11,863 nucleotides of DNA. Origin: Vulcanimicrobiaceae bacterium. Its GTDB lineage: Bacteria; Vulcanimicrobiota; Vulcanimicrobiia; Vulcanimicrobiales; Vulcanimicrobiaceae. The stretch covers positions 42,126 to 53,988 of the forward strand of contig JBHEMM010000001.1 in the NCBI GenBank assembly GCA_046262595.1. The letters run 5' to 3'. The notes below the pieces were generated by a model, which was given only the letters and a program-made list of their open reading frames with translations, searched no databases and was not told the DNA's origin. Shown here in pieces: positions 1-7,388 of the stretch. A program made the position numbers and the translations under genes. How positions within the stretch are numbered: the first letter of the stretch is position 1; the number at the start of each line of letters is the position of its first letter.

Positions 1-527
1 CCCTTAGCGAGGGTCCCGAACGCGCATGCAACGCAGCCGGCAACGGCATAACCGCCGCGGCCCGTCTCCAGCGCGCGGTACCACCACAGAATCGCGAGCG
101 TAACGCATAAATCCAGCAGCGCGTCCATCACTGCCAGGCGGCCGAGAACGGCTTGCAGCAGGCACGTCGAAAGCACGATGCCCGCGTACGCGGCCGCGCG
201 TTCGCCGCCGCTGCGGACAACGGCGTATGCCGTCGCTGCCGCCATGGCGATGGTCGCGACCGCCGAGGGCAAGCGCAGCGCGAACGCGTTCAATCCAAGA
301 ACTTTAATGAAAAGCGCGCCGATCCAGAAATAGAGCGGCGGCTGAACGAACCACGGCGCATTGTTCTGATGCATCACGATCCAATCGCCCCGCAGCACGA
401 TTTCCCGGGCGACCTCACCGTAGGTCGTCTCGCTGTTGTCCCAGAGCGTCCCGCTCCAAAGGCCGGGCAGCGTGGCCAGAGCGCCGGCGGCCGCGGCGAT
501 GAGGGCGGCGCGCGTGGGCTTTTGCAT
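1..527 (-). CDS. ArnT/PMT-like (GT-C fold, GT83/GT39-type) lipid-carrier-dependent glycosyltransferase, N-terminal 175 aa, truncated by the window edge
   Basis: Manual translation from ATG 527 is open to base 1: MQKPTRAALIAAAAGALATLPGLWSGTLWDNSETTYGEVAREIVLRGDWIVMHQNNAPWFVQPPLYFWIGALFIKVLGLNAFALRLPSAVA...LGRLAVMDALL...FGTLAKG. It matches the ArnT-family pattern (E..Y.E.ARE....GDW, PPLYFW, RLPS, D after the R.A motif, LxKG) with several hydrophobic helices. Confidence 0.85.
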   Translation of the reverse strand, partial: MQKPTRAALIAAAAGALATLPGLWSGTLWDNSETTYGEVAREIVLRGDWIVMHQNNAPWFVQPPLYFWIGALFIKVLGLNAFALRLPSAVATIAMAAATAYAVVRSGGERAAAYAGIVLSTCLLQAVLGRLAVMDALLDLCVTLAILWWYRALETGRGGYAVAGCVACAFGTLAK

Positions 528-568
528 CGGGCGGGTTTTTGGGCGTAGCTAAGGCGAAGTCATGCCCG

Positions 569-1486
569 ATGCACCATTTCGCCCCGAGCGGGCAGGACGT
601 CGCCGTCTGCGCGTCGCGCGCAAGCGCTTTGGCCATGACGCAAACACGGACGATAGCCGCCAAGGTGGCGCAGTCCGGCATTGCCAGCACCATTTTGAAC
701 GTGACGACAACGGGCGACCGCAACCAAACCCAATCGTTCGCACAGATCGGCTCGGAAAATATTTTTGTCAAAGAGCTCGAAACGGCGCTGCGCGACGGGC
801 GGGCACAGTATGCCGTGCACTCATGCAAGGATTTGCCGAGCACCTTGCCGCCCGATATGCAGATCGCCGCGATCTCGCAGCGCGACGATCCGCGCGACGT
901 CTTCTGCAGCGAACGGTACGAGCGTTTCGCCGACTTGCCGCGCAACGCAATTGTCGGAACATCGAGCGTGCGCCGGCGCGCGCAACTCGCCGCGCTGCGC
1001 GCCGACCTGCGATACGACGATCTGCGCGGTAACGTCGACACGCGCCTTCGCAAGTTGCGCGAAGGGCCGTACGACGCGATCGTGCTTGCGAGCGCCGGAT
1101 TACGCCGTTTGGGCGCGCGCGCGAGCTTCATGGTGCCGTTCGATGTGACGGAGGTCGTCCCGGCCGCCGGACAAGGCGCGCTCGCGCTCGAAACGCTCGC
1201 GGGCGCGCCGATTGCGGCTCGGCTGCGCCAAGCGGTGAACGACGAACGCAGCGAGCGCGCGGTCCTGTGCGAGCGCGCAGCGCTGGCCGCACTGCGCGGC
1301 GGATGTCAGGCGCCTATCGGCATTCACGCTTTCTACGACGGAGAATCGCTCGTGGCGCTCGGCGCAATTGCGGCGCAGCCCGGCGCACCCGTGCTCTTCG
1401 AGCGCGTGCAGGGCAACGCGGCAGACGGCAGCGCAGCGCGCGCGCTCGGCGAAGCGTTGGCCGGCAGGATGACATGCGGCAGATAA
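569..1486 (+). CDS. hemC: Hydroxymethylbilane synthase (porphobilinogen deaminase)
   Basis: Motifs SRASALAMTQ, TTGD, FVKELE, AVHSCKDLP, GTSSVRR, LRGNVDTRLRKL, PAAGQGAL and GGCQAPIG (dipyrromethane-binding Cys). ATG 569 is preferred over the track's TTG 539; 305 aa. Confidence 0.96.
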   Translation: MHHFAPSGQDVAVCASRASALAMTQTRTIAAKVAQSGIASTILNVTTTGDRNQTQSFAQIGSENIFVKELETALRDGRAQYAVHSCKDLPSTLPPDMQIAAISQRDDPRDVFCSERYERFADLPRNAIVGTSSVRRRAQLAALRADLRYDDLRGNVDTRLRKLREGPYDAIVLASAGLRRLGARASFMVPFDVTEVVPAAGQGALALETLAGAPIAARLRQAVNDERSERAVLCERAALAALRGGCQAPIGIHAFYDGESLVALGAIAAQPGAPVLFERVQGNAADGSAARALGEALAGRMTCGR

Positions 1487-2451
1487 AACGCCCGCGCCGT
1501 CTGCGCCGCACGCCGGCATTGCGCGCGATGGTGCGCGAGAACCGCGTGCACCTGGCGCAGCTCGTGCAGCCGCTTTTCGTCGTTGCGAACGGTGCAGATG
1601 CAGGACCGATCGCCTCGATGCCCGGCATCCGCCGCTTTACCGCGGATAACGTCGTACAGGAAGTCGGCGTGCTTGATGCGCTCGGCGTGCACAGCGTCCT
1701 GCTGTTCGGCATTCCGCAAACGAAGGACGCTCAAGCGGGTGCGAACGCCGATCCGGACGGCGTCGTGCAGAATGCGATCCGCGCCATCAAACGCGCGTTC
1801 CCGCACATCACCGTCATCGCCGACCTGTGCAATTGCGAGTACACCGATCACGGGCATTGCGGCATTCTCACGCCCCAGGGCGACGTCGACAACGACCTGA
1901 CGATCGAGATGCTTACCCGCACGGCGCTTACGTACGCGCAAGCGGGTGTCGACGTTATCGCACCGAGCGATATGATGGACGGACGCGTCGGCGCCATTCG
2001 CGCGGCGCTCGACAGCGCAGCTTTTGAAACGACGGCAATCATGGCGTACAGCGCGAAGTACGCCTCGGCGTTTTACGGGCCGTTCCGCGAAGCGGCAGGA
2101 TCGGCGCCGCAGTTCGGCGACCGCCGCACGTATCAGATGGACGCGCCGAACGTTCGTGAAGCGATGCGGCAAATCGCGCTCGATATCGAGCAAGGCGCCG
2201 ATATCGTCATGGTGAAGCCCGGCCTCGCGTACCTCGACGTGGTGCGCGCGGCGCGCGAGCGCTTTGACGTTCCGCTCGCAGCGTATAACGTTAGCGGCGA
2301 ATATTCGATGATCAAGGCTGCGGCGCAGGCCGGCTGGATCGACGAAGAACCGGCGGTGAGCGAAACGCTTGCGGCGTTCGTACGCGCCGGCGCCGACATC
2401 ATCATCACGTACTTTGCTAAGGAGTATGCGGCGCGATGCTCGGCGTCTTGA
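1474..2451 (+). CDS. hemB: Porphobilinogen synthase (ALA dehydratase), Zn-dependent type
   Basis: N-terminal RPRRLRR, IASMPG, Cys-rich Zn site DLCNCEYTDHGHCG, APSDMMDGR, YSAKYAS..YGPFREA, DRRTYQMD, MVKPG and AYNVSGEY. ATG 1474 overlaps hemC by 13 nt; 325 aa. Confidence 0.98.
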   Translation: MRQIKRPRRLRRTPALRAMVRENRVHLAQLVQPLFVVANGADAGPIASMPGIRRFTADNVVQEVGVLDALGVHSVLLFGIPQTKDAQAGANADPDGVVQNAIRAIKRAFPHITVIADLCNCEYTDHGHCGILTPQGDVDNDLTIEMLTRTALTYAQAGVDVIAPSDMMDGRVGAIRAALDSAAFETTAIMAYSAKYASAFYGPFREAAGSAPQFGDRRTYQMDAPNVREAMRQIALDIEQGADIVMVKPGLAYLDVVRAARERFDVPLAAYNVSGEYSMIKAAAQAGWIDEEPAVSETLAAFVRAGADIIITYFAKEYAARCSAS

Positions 2452-3026
2452 TCCTCGCGGGCGGCGCCGCGCGGCGCTTTCCCGGAAAATTGCAAACGGA
2501 ATTCCGGGGCGAGCCGCTCGTGCTGCGCGTTTTCCGCAACGTGCGAGCGGCCGGACCGGTGTACCTTGCGGCAAACCGCACGTTCCCGCCCGCAATTGAC
2601 GCCGCGCTGGAGTGCCCCGTGATCGTCGACCGCTGGCCTGATCGCGGCCCGCTTGCAGCCATTCATACGGCTTTAGGTCAGATGAACGAGGACCGCGCAT
2701 TCATCGTGAGCGCCGACATGCCGTTCGTCAACGCGGCGGTTGCCGCGGAGCTGCAGTCGCATTGGCAAGAACCCCTTGACGGCGTTGTGCCGGTCGACGC
2801 TTCCGGCGCGCTGCAGCCGCTGTGCGCCGTCTATTCGCGCCACGCGCTGCTCGAGGCAACGGGCGCGGCCTTAACTGCCGGCTCGAGCGCGGTGAAGGCC
2901 GCACTCGAGCGCATGCGCATCACCTGCGTCCGTCTTGGCGACGAACGCGCGCTCGCTGGCGTGAACACGCCGGAGGAATTCGTTGCGGTTAGAACGTTCG
3001 ATCTCGGCATTCGCCCGCGCGCGTAA
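2436..3026 (+). CDS. mobA: MobA-like nucleotidyltransferase (molybdenum cofactor guanylyltransferase family)
   Basis: ILAGGAARRFPGK, GPLAAIHTAL, SADMPF, QPLCAVYS and VNTPEE match the MobA motifs. AAGGAG lies at 2419-2424. 196 aa. The family is clear but the exact substrate is not. Confidence 0.8.
   Translation: MLGVLILAGGAARRFPGKLQTEFRGEPLVLRVFRNVRAAGPVYLAANRTFPPAIDAALECPVIVDRWPDRGPLAAIHTALGQMNEDRAFIVSADMPFVNAAVAAELQSHWQEPLDGVVPVDASGALQPLCAVYSRHALLEATGAALTAGSSAVKAALERMRITCVRLGDERALAGVNTPEEFVAVRTFDLGIRPRA
2972..2976 (+). promoter_or_regulatory. Shine-Dalgarno sequence for hemL
   Basis: GGAGG lies 6 nt upstream of TTG 2983, inside the mobA-like ORF. Confidence 0.7.
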
Positions 3027-4314
3027 CATTATCGCCGGCGGCGTCAATTCGCCGGTTCGCGCTTTCCGGGCCGTGGGCGGCTCACCCGTGTTCATGCAGC
3101 GCGGCAGCGGCGCATATCTTTGCGACATCGACGGCCACGAGTACGTCGACTACGTGCTTTCGTGGGGCCCGCTGATCTTGGGGCACGCGCATCCGGCGGT
3201 GGTCAAAGCGATCGCACAGGCGGCGCAGCGCGGCAGCTCGTTCGGCACGCCGACCGAAGCGGAATCGGAGCTCGGCGAACTGATCCGTTCGATGGTTCCC
3301 TCGATCGAGCGCATCCGCTTCACGTCGAGCGGCACGGAAGCGGCGATGAGCGCCGTGCGCCTCGCGCGCGGGTACACCGGCCGCGAGAAGATCGTGAAGT
3401 TTGCCGGATGTTATCACGGTCACGGCGACGCGTTTCTTATCTCCACGGGAAGCGGTGCGCTCACCAACGGTACGCCGGACTCGCCCGGCGTCACGCAGGG
3501 CGTCGCGCGCGACACGATCGTTCTTCCGTTCAACGACGCGTTGGCCGTTGCTAACGCCTTCGGTGCAAATCCGGCGCAGATCGCCGCAGTGATCGTCGAG
3601 CCGTATGCCGGCAACATGGGATTCGTGCCGGCAAAGCCGGCATATCTGCAGACGCTTCGCAATCTGTGCACGCAGCACGGCGCCCTGCTGATCTTCGATG
3701 AAGTGATGACCGGTTTTCGCGTGGCGCGCGGCGGCGTGCAGGAACGCGAAGGCGTTACGCCCGATCTCACGACGCTCGGAAAAGTGATTGGCGGCGGTCT
3801 GCCCGTCGGCGCGTTCGGCGGCCGGACCGACGTGATGAACGCGCTCTCGCCGGACGGCGCCGTCTATCAAGCCGGAACGCTTTCGGGCAATCCGCTCGCC
3901 ATGGCCGCCGGGATTGCGACGCTAAAGATAATCGCTGAGGATGCAACGCTCTACGACCGGCTTGAAGTGCTCACCCGTTTGCTGTGCGAGGGCTTGCACG
4001 AAGTATTCCTCAAACACGGCGTGCCGCATCAGAGCCGGTACTGCGGCTCGATGTTCGGAACGTTCTTCAGCGAGAGGGCCGTTACGGATCTGCACAGCGC
4101 GATGACGAGCGACGTTGCCTTTTACGGGAGATTCTTTCACGCCATGCTCGATCGCGGGATCTACCTTGCGCCCGCACAGTTCGAAGCCGCCTTCGTATCC
4201 GTCGCGCATACCACCCGGGACATCGAGCAGACCATTGCCGCGGCGGACGAGGCACTCGCTGCGATAAAACCGTTAGTGGCGGCCGCTTCCCCGGCCCTAG
4301 GATTGGAAGCGTAA
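2983..4314 (+). CDS. hemL: Glutamate-1-semialdehyde 2,1-aminomutase
   Basis: GGVNSPVRAF, DYVLSWGP, SSGTEA, GCYHGH, FDEVMTGFR, TTLGKVIGGGLP (PLP Lys), YQAGTLSGNP and P.QFEA. TTG start with a GGAGG SD; 443 aa. Confidence 0.98.
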   Translation: MRLERSISAFARARNIIAGGVNSPVRAFRAVGGSPVFMQRGSGAYLCDIDGHEYVDYVLSWGPLILGHAHPAVVKAIAQAAQRGSSFGTPTEAESELGELIRSMVPSIERIRFTSSGTEAAMSAVRLARGYTGREKIVKFAGCYHGHGDAFLISTGSGALTNGTPDSPGVTQGVARDTIVLPFNDALAVANAFGANPAQIAAVIVEPYAGNMGFVPAKPAYLQTLRNLCTQHGALLIFDEVMTGFRVARGGVQEREGVTPDLTTLGKVIGGGLPVGAFGGRTDVMNALSPDGAVYQAGTLSGNPLAMAAGIATLKIIAEDATLYDRLEVLTRLLCEGLHEVFLKHGVPHQSRYCGSMFGTFFSERAVTDLHSAMTSDVAFYGRFFHAMLDRGIYLAPAQFEAAFVSVAHTTRDIEQTIAAADEALAAIKPLVAAASPALGLEA

Positions 4315-5600
4315 TGCCCCTCTTGTGCTTGGGCCTCTCGCATCAGACCGCTCCGCTGGACGTGCGCGAGAGCCACGCATTCCCCGCCGAAGCGATGGAA
4401 GCCGCGCTGGTCGCGCTGCATGATTACGAGGCCGTGCATGAAGCCGCCATGCTGCAAACGTGCGGCCGTTTGGAGATCTACGCCGACGTCACCGACTTCG
4501 AAGCCGGCGCCTCCCAGATCAAAGCGTTTCTTCTCAATTTCCGCCATGGCGCCGTGGAGTACGATCTCGAGTCGTATCTATACACGCTGCTGGGGCATGA
4601 GGCGGTCGAACATCTTTTCCGCGTGAGCACCGGCCTCGATTCGATGCTGATCGGCGAAGCGGAGATTTTAGGTCAAGTTAAGGACGCGTTCATTGCCGCG
4701 CAGCGCGCGGACTCTCTGGGAAAAACGCTGCACCGCTTGTTTTGCGAAGCGATGAGCGCCGGCAAGGCTGCGCGATCGCAAACCCGCATCGGCGACGAAT
4801 CGGCATCGGTTGCAACCGCGGCGATCGAAGTGGCAGCAGCGCACTTCGGCACGCTGGACGATCGCAACGTCGTCATTATCGGCGCCGGGAAAATGGGACG
4901 CACCGCCGCTAAGCGCTTGCGCGGCGAGGGGACGCAAAATCTCATTGTAACGAGCCGCACCGTTAAAAGTGCGCAGGAAGCCGTCGGCGAAGCGGGCTTC
5001 GGCCATGCCGTGGAGCTCGCCGGCATGCTGGACGCATTGCAGTCGGCCGACATCGTGCTCACGGCAACCGGCTCATCGCACTTCGTGCTCACGCCGCAGA
5101 TCGTGCAGACGGCGATGCAGCGCCGCTCGGGGCATCCGCTGCTCGTGATCGACATCGCCGTGCCGCGCGACGTGCATCCCGGCGTCGCGAACGTGGCGGG
5201 CGTCACGCTGGTTGACGTGGACGGCTTAAAGTCGCGCGTGCACGAGAAGCTCGAAGTGCGCCGCGAGGCGATCCCGCACGTCGAAGAGATCATCGCGGAG
5301 TACATCGAGCGGTTCGCCCAATGGTATCAATCGCGCGTCGCAGTTCCCGTCATCGCATCGCTCACGAAAAAAGCTGAAGCGATCCGCGCCGCCGAGCTCG
5401 AGCGTCTTTTCGCGCGCTGTCCGGAACTCTCGGAACGGGAGAAAATGCTCGTGACGGGCATGTCCATGACGATCATTTCGCGCCTTCTGCACACCGCCGT
5501 GACGAAGATCCGCGACAAAGCGCTGACGGACCACTCCGAGGCGCTCGCCCACGTGCGTCTGCTCGACGAGCTGTTCGAGCTTGGCGTTGGACCGGAGTAA
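4314..5600 (+). CDS. hemA: Glutamyl-tRNA reductase
   Basis: GLSHQTAPLDVRE, TCGR.E (catalytic Cys50), HLFRV..GLDS...GE..ILGQVK, IIGAGKMG (NADPH binding) and DIAVPRD. ATG 4314 is in a TAATG overlap with the hemL stop; 428 aa. Confidence 0.96.
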   Translation: MPLLCLGLSHQTAPLDVRESHAFPAEAMEAALVALHDYEAVHEAAMLQTCGRLEIYADVTDFEAGASQIKAFLLNFRHGAVEYDLESYLYTLLGHEAVEHLFRVSTGLDSMLIGEAEILGQVKDAFIAAQRADSLGKTLHRLFCEAMSAGKAARSQTRIGDESASVATAAIEVAAAHFGTLDDRNVVIIGAGKMGRTAAKRLRGEGTQNLIVTSRTVKSAQEAVGEAGFGHAVELAGMLDALQSADIVLTATGSSHFVLTPQIVQTAMQRRSGHPLLVIDIAVPRDVHPGVANVAGVTLVDVDGLKSRVHEKLEVRREAIPHVEEIIAEYIERFAQWYQSRVAVPVIASLTKKAEAIRAAELERLFARCPELSEREKMLVTGMSMTIISRLLHTAVTKIRDKALTDHSEALAHVRLLDELFELGVGPE

Positions 5601-6351
5601 CCCGCTTCAAGGAAAGCGCGTGCTGGTTACGCGGGCCGCGCACCAAACCGCGGCCTTTGCCCGCGCGCTCGAACAAGCCGGCGCCGTGCCCGTCGCCGCT
5701 CCGCTGGTCGCTTTCGGACCGCCCGACGACGTGCAAGCCGCCGCATATGCCGCGTATCACGCTTCGCAGTACGCTTGGATCGTGTTCACCAGCGCCAACG
5801 CCGTGGACGCGTTTTTCGACCTCTTGGACGCGCGACGCGAAGATGCGCGTTTTTTGGCGCAGGCTAAGATAGCGGCTGTCGGAACCGCAACCGCCGCAGC
5901 GCTGCGCGCGCGAAACATCTATGCCGATCTGGTTCCGCGCACGTTCGTCGCCGAGGCGCTCGCCGACGCGCTCATCGCGGCCGCAAAGCCCGGCGCGCGG
6001 CTCTTGCTCTTCCGCGCACAAGAAGGGCGCGATGTCTTGCCGGATGCGCTGCGTGCTGCGGGTTTCGCCGTCGACGTTATCGCCGGATATAAAACGTTCG
6101 GCGTGCACGATCCCGAGCTTGCGCAAAAAGTGGCGCAGTGCGACATCCTTACGTTCACCAGCCCCTCGGCGGTCGCTGCGTTTTGCGAAAACCTCGGCGG
6201 TTCCATCGAAGCGGCACGCGGAAAGACGATCGCGTGCATCGGCCCGATGACGGCGCAAGCGGCGCGGGAGCACGGCTTAGCGGTAGGCGTCGTTGCCGCG
6301 GCGTTCACCGCGGACGGCCTGCGCGACGCACTTCGAAACGCAGGCATGTGA
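5581..6351 (+). CDS. hemD: Uroporphyrinogen-III synthase
   Basis: PLQGKRVLVTRA..Q, WIVFTSANAV, AAVGTATA, FTSPSAV and IACIGPMTA. The start is uncertain (TTG 5581 or TTG 5587). Confidence 0.93.
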   Translation: MALDRSNPLQGKRVLVTRAAHQTAAFARALEQAGAVPVAAPLVAFGPPDDVQAAAYAAYHASQYAWIVFTSANAVDAFFDLLDARREDARFLAQAKIAAVGTATAAALRARNIYADLVPRTFVAEALADALIAAAKPGARLLLFRAQEGRDVLPDALRAAGFAVDVIAGYKTFGVHDPELAQKVAQCDILTFTSPSAVAAFCENLGGSIEAARGKTIACIGPMTAQAAREHGLAVGVVAAAFTADGLRDALRNAGM

Positions 6352-7094
6352 GCGCGCGAGCGCGGCGCAACATCGCGGGGCTCACGCCGGCCGGCGCCGT
6401 TGCCGCAGCGGCGGTCGGCGCAAGTGCGCTTGCGGGCGGCTCCTGGCGTTATGCCGCCGTCCTTTTAGCATTCTTCCTCTCGTCCATGCTGCTCTCGCGC
6501 GCCGGACATGCGAGGAAGCTGCAGCTGACCGGCGCGGGCAAGCACGGGGCGGCGCGCAACGCCTGGCAAGTCTTGGCAAACGGCGGACCGGCTGCGGCAT
6601 GCGCCCTCGCCGCGCTCACGACCAAATCGCCGCTGTTCGCGACGGCGTTTGCCGGCTCGTTCGCCGCAGCATGCGCCGATACGTGGGGCACGGAGATCGG
6701 CACGCTCCTGCCCGCGCGCCCGGTCTCCATCCTGACGCTCAAACGCGTTGCCGCCGGTTTATCGGGCGGTGTAACGCTGGCAGGTACGCTCGCGGAGCTC
6801 GCGGGCGCGGTCTTTACCGGCGTGGTCGCGCAAGCGTGCGGCGTGGCGCCCTGGTGGATCGTCGCCGCCGGCGGCTTTGCAGGCGCGCTTGCCGACTCGG
6901 TGGCCGGGGCGAGCGTGCAGGAACTGCGTTATTGCGACCATTGCAAGCGCGCGTGCGAAACGAATCCGCACGCGTGCGGCAGCGCGACGCACCTGATCCG
7001 CGGCGCCTCACGCTTCGGCAACGATGCGGTGAACCTGGTGTGCACGGTAACCGGCGCCGGCGGGGCGGCGGCTATTGCGGCTGCGTTTCGCTAG
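6348..7094 (+). CDS. DUF92/TMEM19-family integral membrane protein
   Basis: LTPAGA..A..VG, LLAFFLSS..LSR, RNAWQVLANGG, ADTWGTEIG, GLSGGVT..GT, DS..GA..Q and NDAVN are DUF92 hallmarks. The GTG start overlaps the hemD stop (GTGA); 248 aa. Confidence 0.88.
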   Translation: MSARARRNIAGLTPAGAVAAAAVGASALAGGSWRYAAVLLAFFLSSMLLSRAGHARKLQLTGAGKHGAARNAWQVLANGGPAAACALAALTTKSPLFATAFAGSFAAACADTWGTEIGTLLPARPVSILTLKRVAAGLSGGVTLAGTLAELAGAVFTGVVAQACGVAPWWIVAAGGFAGALADSVAGASVQELRYCDHCKRACETNPHACGSATHLIRGASRFGNDAVNLVCTVTGAGGAAAIAAAFR

Positions 7095-7365
7095 CGCCTG
7101 CGTCGCGTCCGGTTGCCGTCTTCGCGCCGTACGTGTTTTCCAAGTAGGGAACGATCGTGTCGTCGTCGTCCAGAACCACGTCGCCGTCGACCAAAACCGG
7201 GATGCCCGTCTGTCCGGAGATCTGCTGCACGATCTGCCGCCGGCTATGCGCCTCAGGGACGTTGACGATTTTGTAGTTCAGGAGCAGGTCCGTAAGCTTG
7301 GCGCGCACGCGAGCACAGTAGGGGCACCACTCGGCCTGGTATAAAACGATATTTGTGTCACGCAC
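7072..7365 (-). CDS. Glutaredoxin / GST-N-terminal-like thioredoxin-fold protein (CPYC)
   Basis: IVLYQAEWCPYCARVR, cis-Pro motif GQTGIPVLVD and C-terminal IVPYLENTY. SD AAGGAG lies at 7382-7377 on the - strand; 97 aa. Confidence 0.88.
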   Translation of the reverse strand: MRDTNIVLYQAEWCPYCARVRAKLTDLLLNYKIVNVPEAHSRRQIVQQISGQTGIPVLVDGDVVLDDDDTIVPYLENTYGAKTATGRDAGASETQPQ

Positions 7366-7376
7366 GGACGCTCGAT

Positions 7377-7382
7377 CTCCTT
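7377..7382 (-). promoter_or_regulatory. Shine-Dalgarno sequence for the glutaredoxin-like gene
   Basis: The + strand ctcctt reads AAGGAG on the - strand, 11 nt upstream of GTG 7365. Confidence 0.6.
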
Positions 7383-7388
7383 AAAACG

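Noticed and set aside
528..540. GC run followed by T5 (cgggcgggttttt) as an intrinsic terminator
   Set aside because: There is no convincing stem immediately before the T-run, and it lies between divergent start codons where no gene ends.
153..548. 131-aa + strand ORF
   Set aside because: It is antisense to the ArnT-like gene, which has clear family motifs.
1333..2700. 455-aa antisense ORF opposite hemB/mobA
   Set aside because: Shadow ORF typical of high-GC codon bias. It is Arg-rich, has no motifs and lies entirely opposite well-supported genes.
3984..4313. Track extension of hemA (similar extensions for hemB 1267-1473 and DUF92 6138-6347)
   Set aside because: These overlap the upstream genes and have no family similarity. 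Coupled starts exist at 4314, 1474 and 6348.
6933..6947. Possible c-type heme-binding motif in DUF92
   Set aside because: The sequence is CDHCK, not CxxCH.
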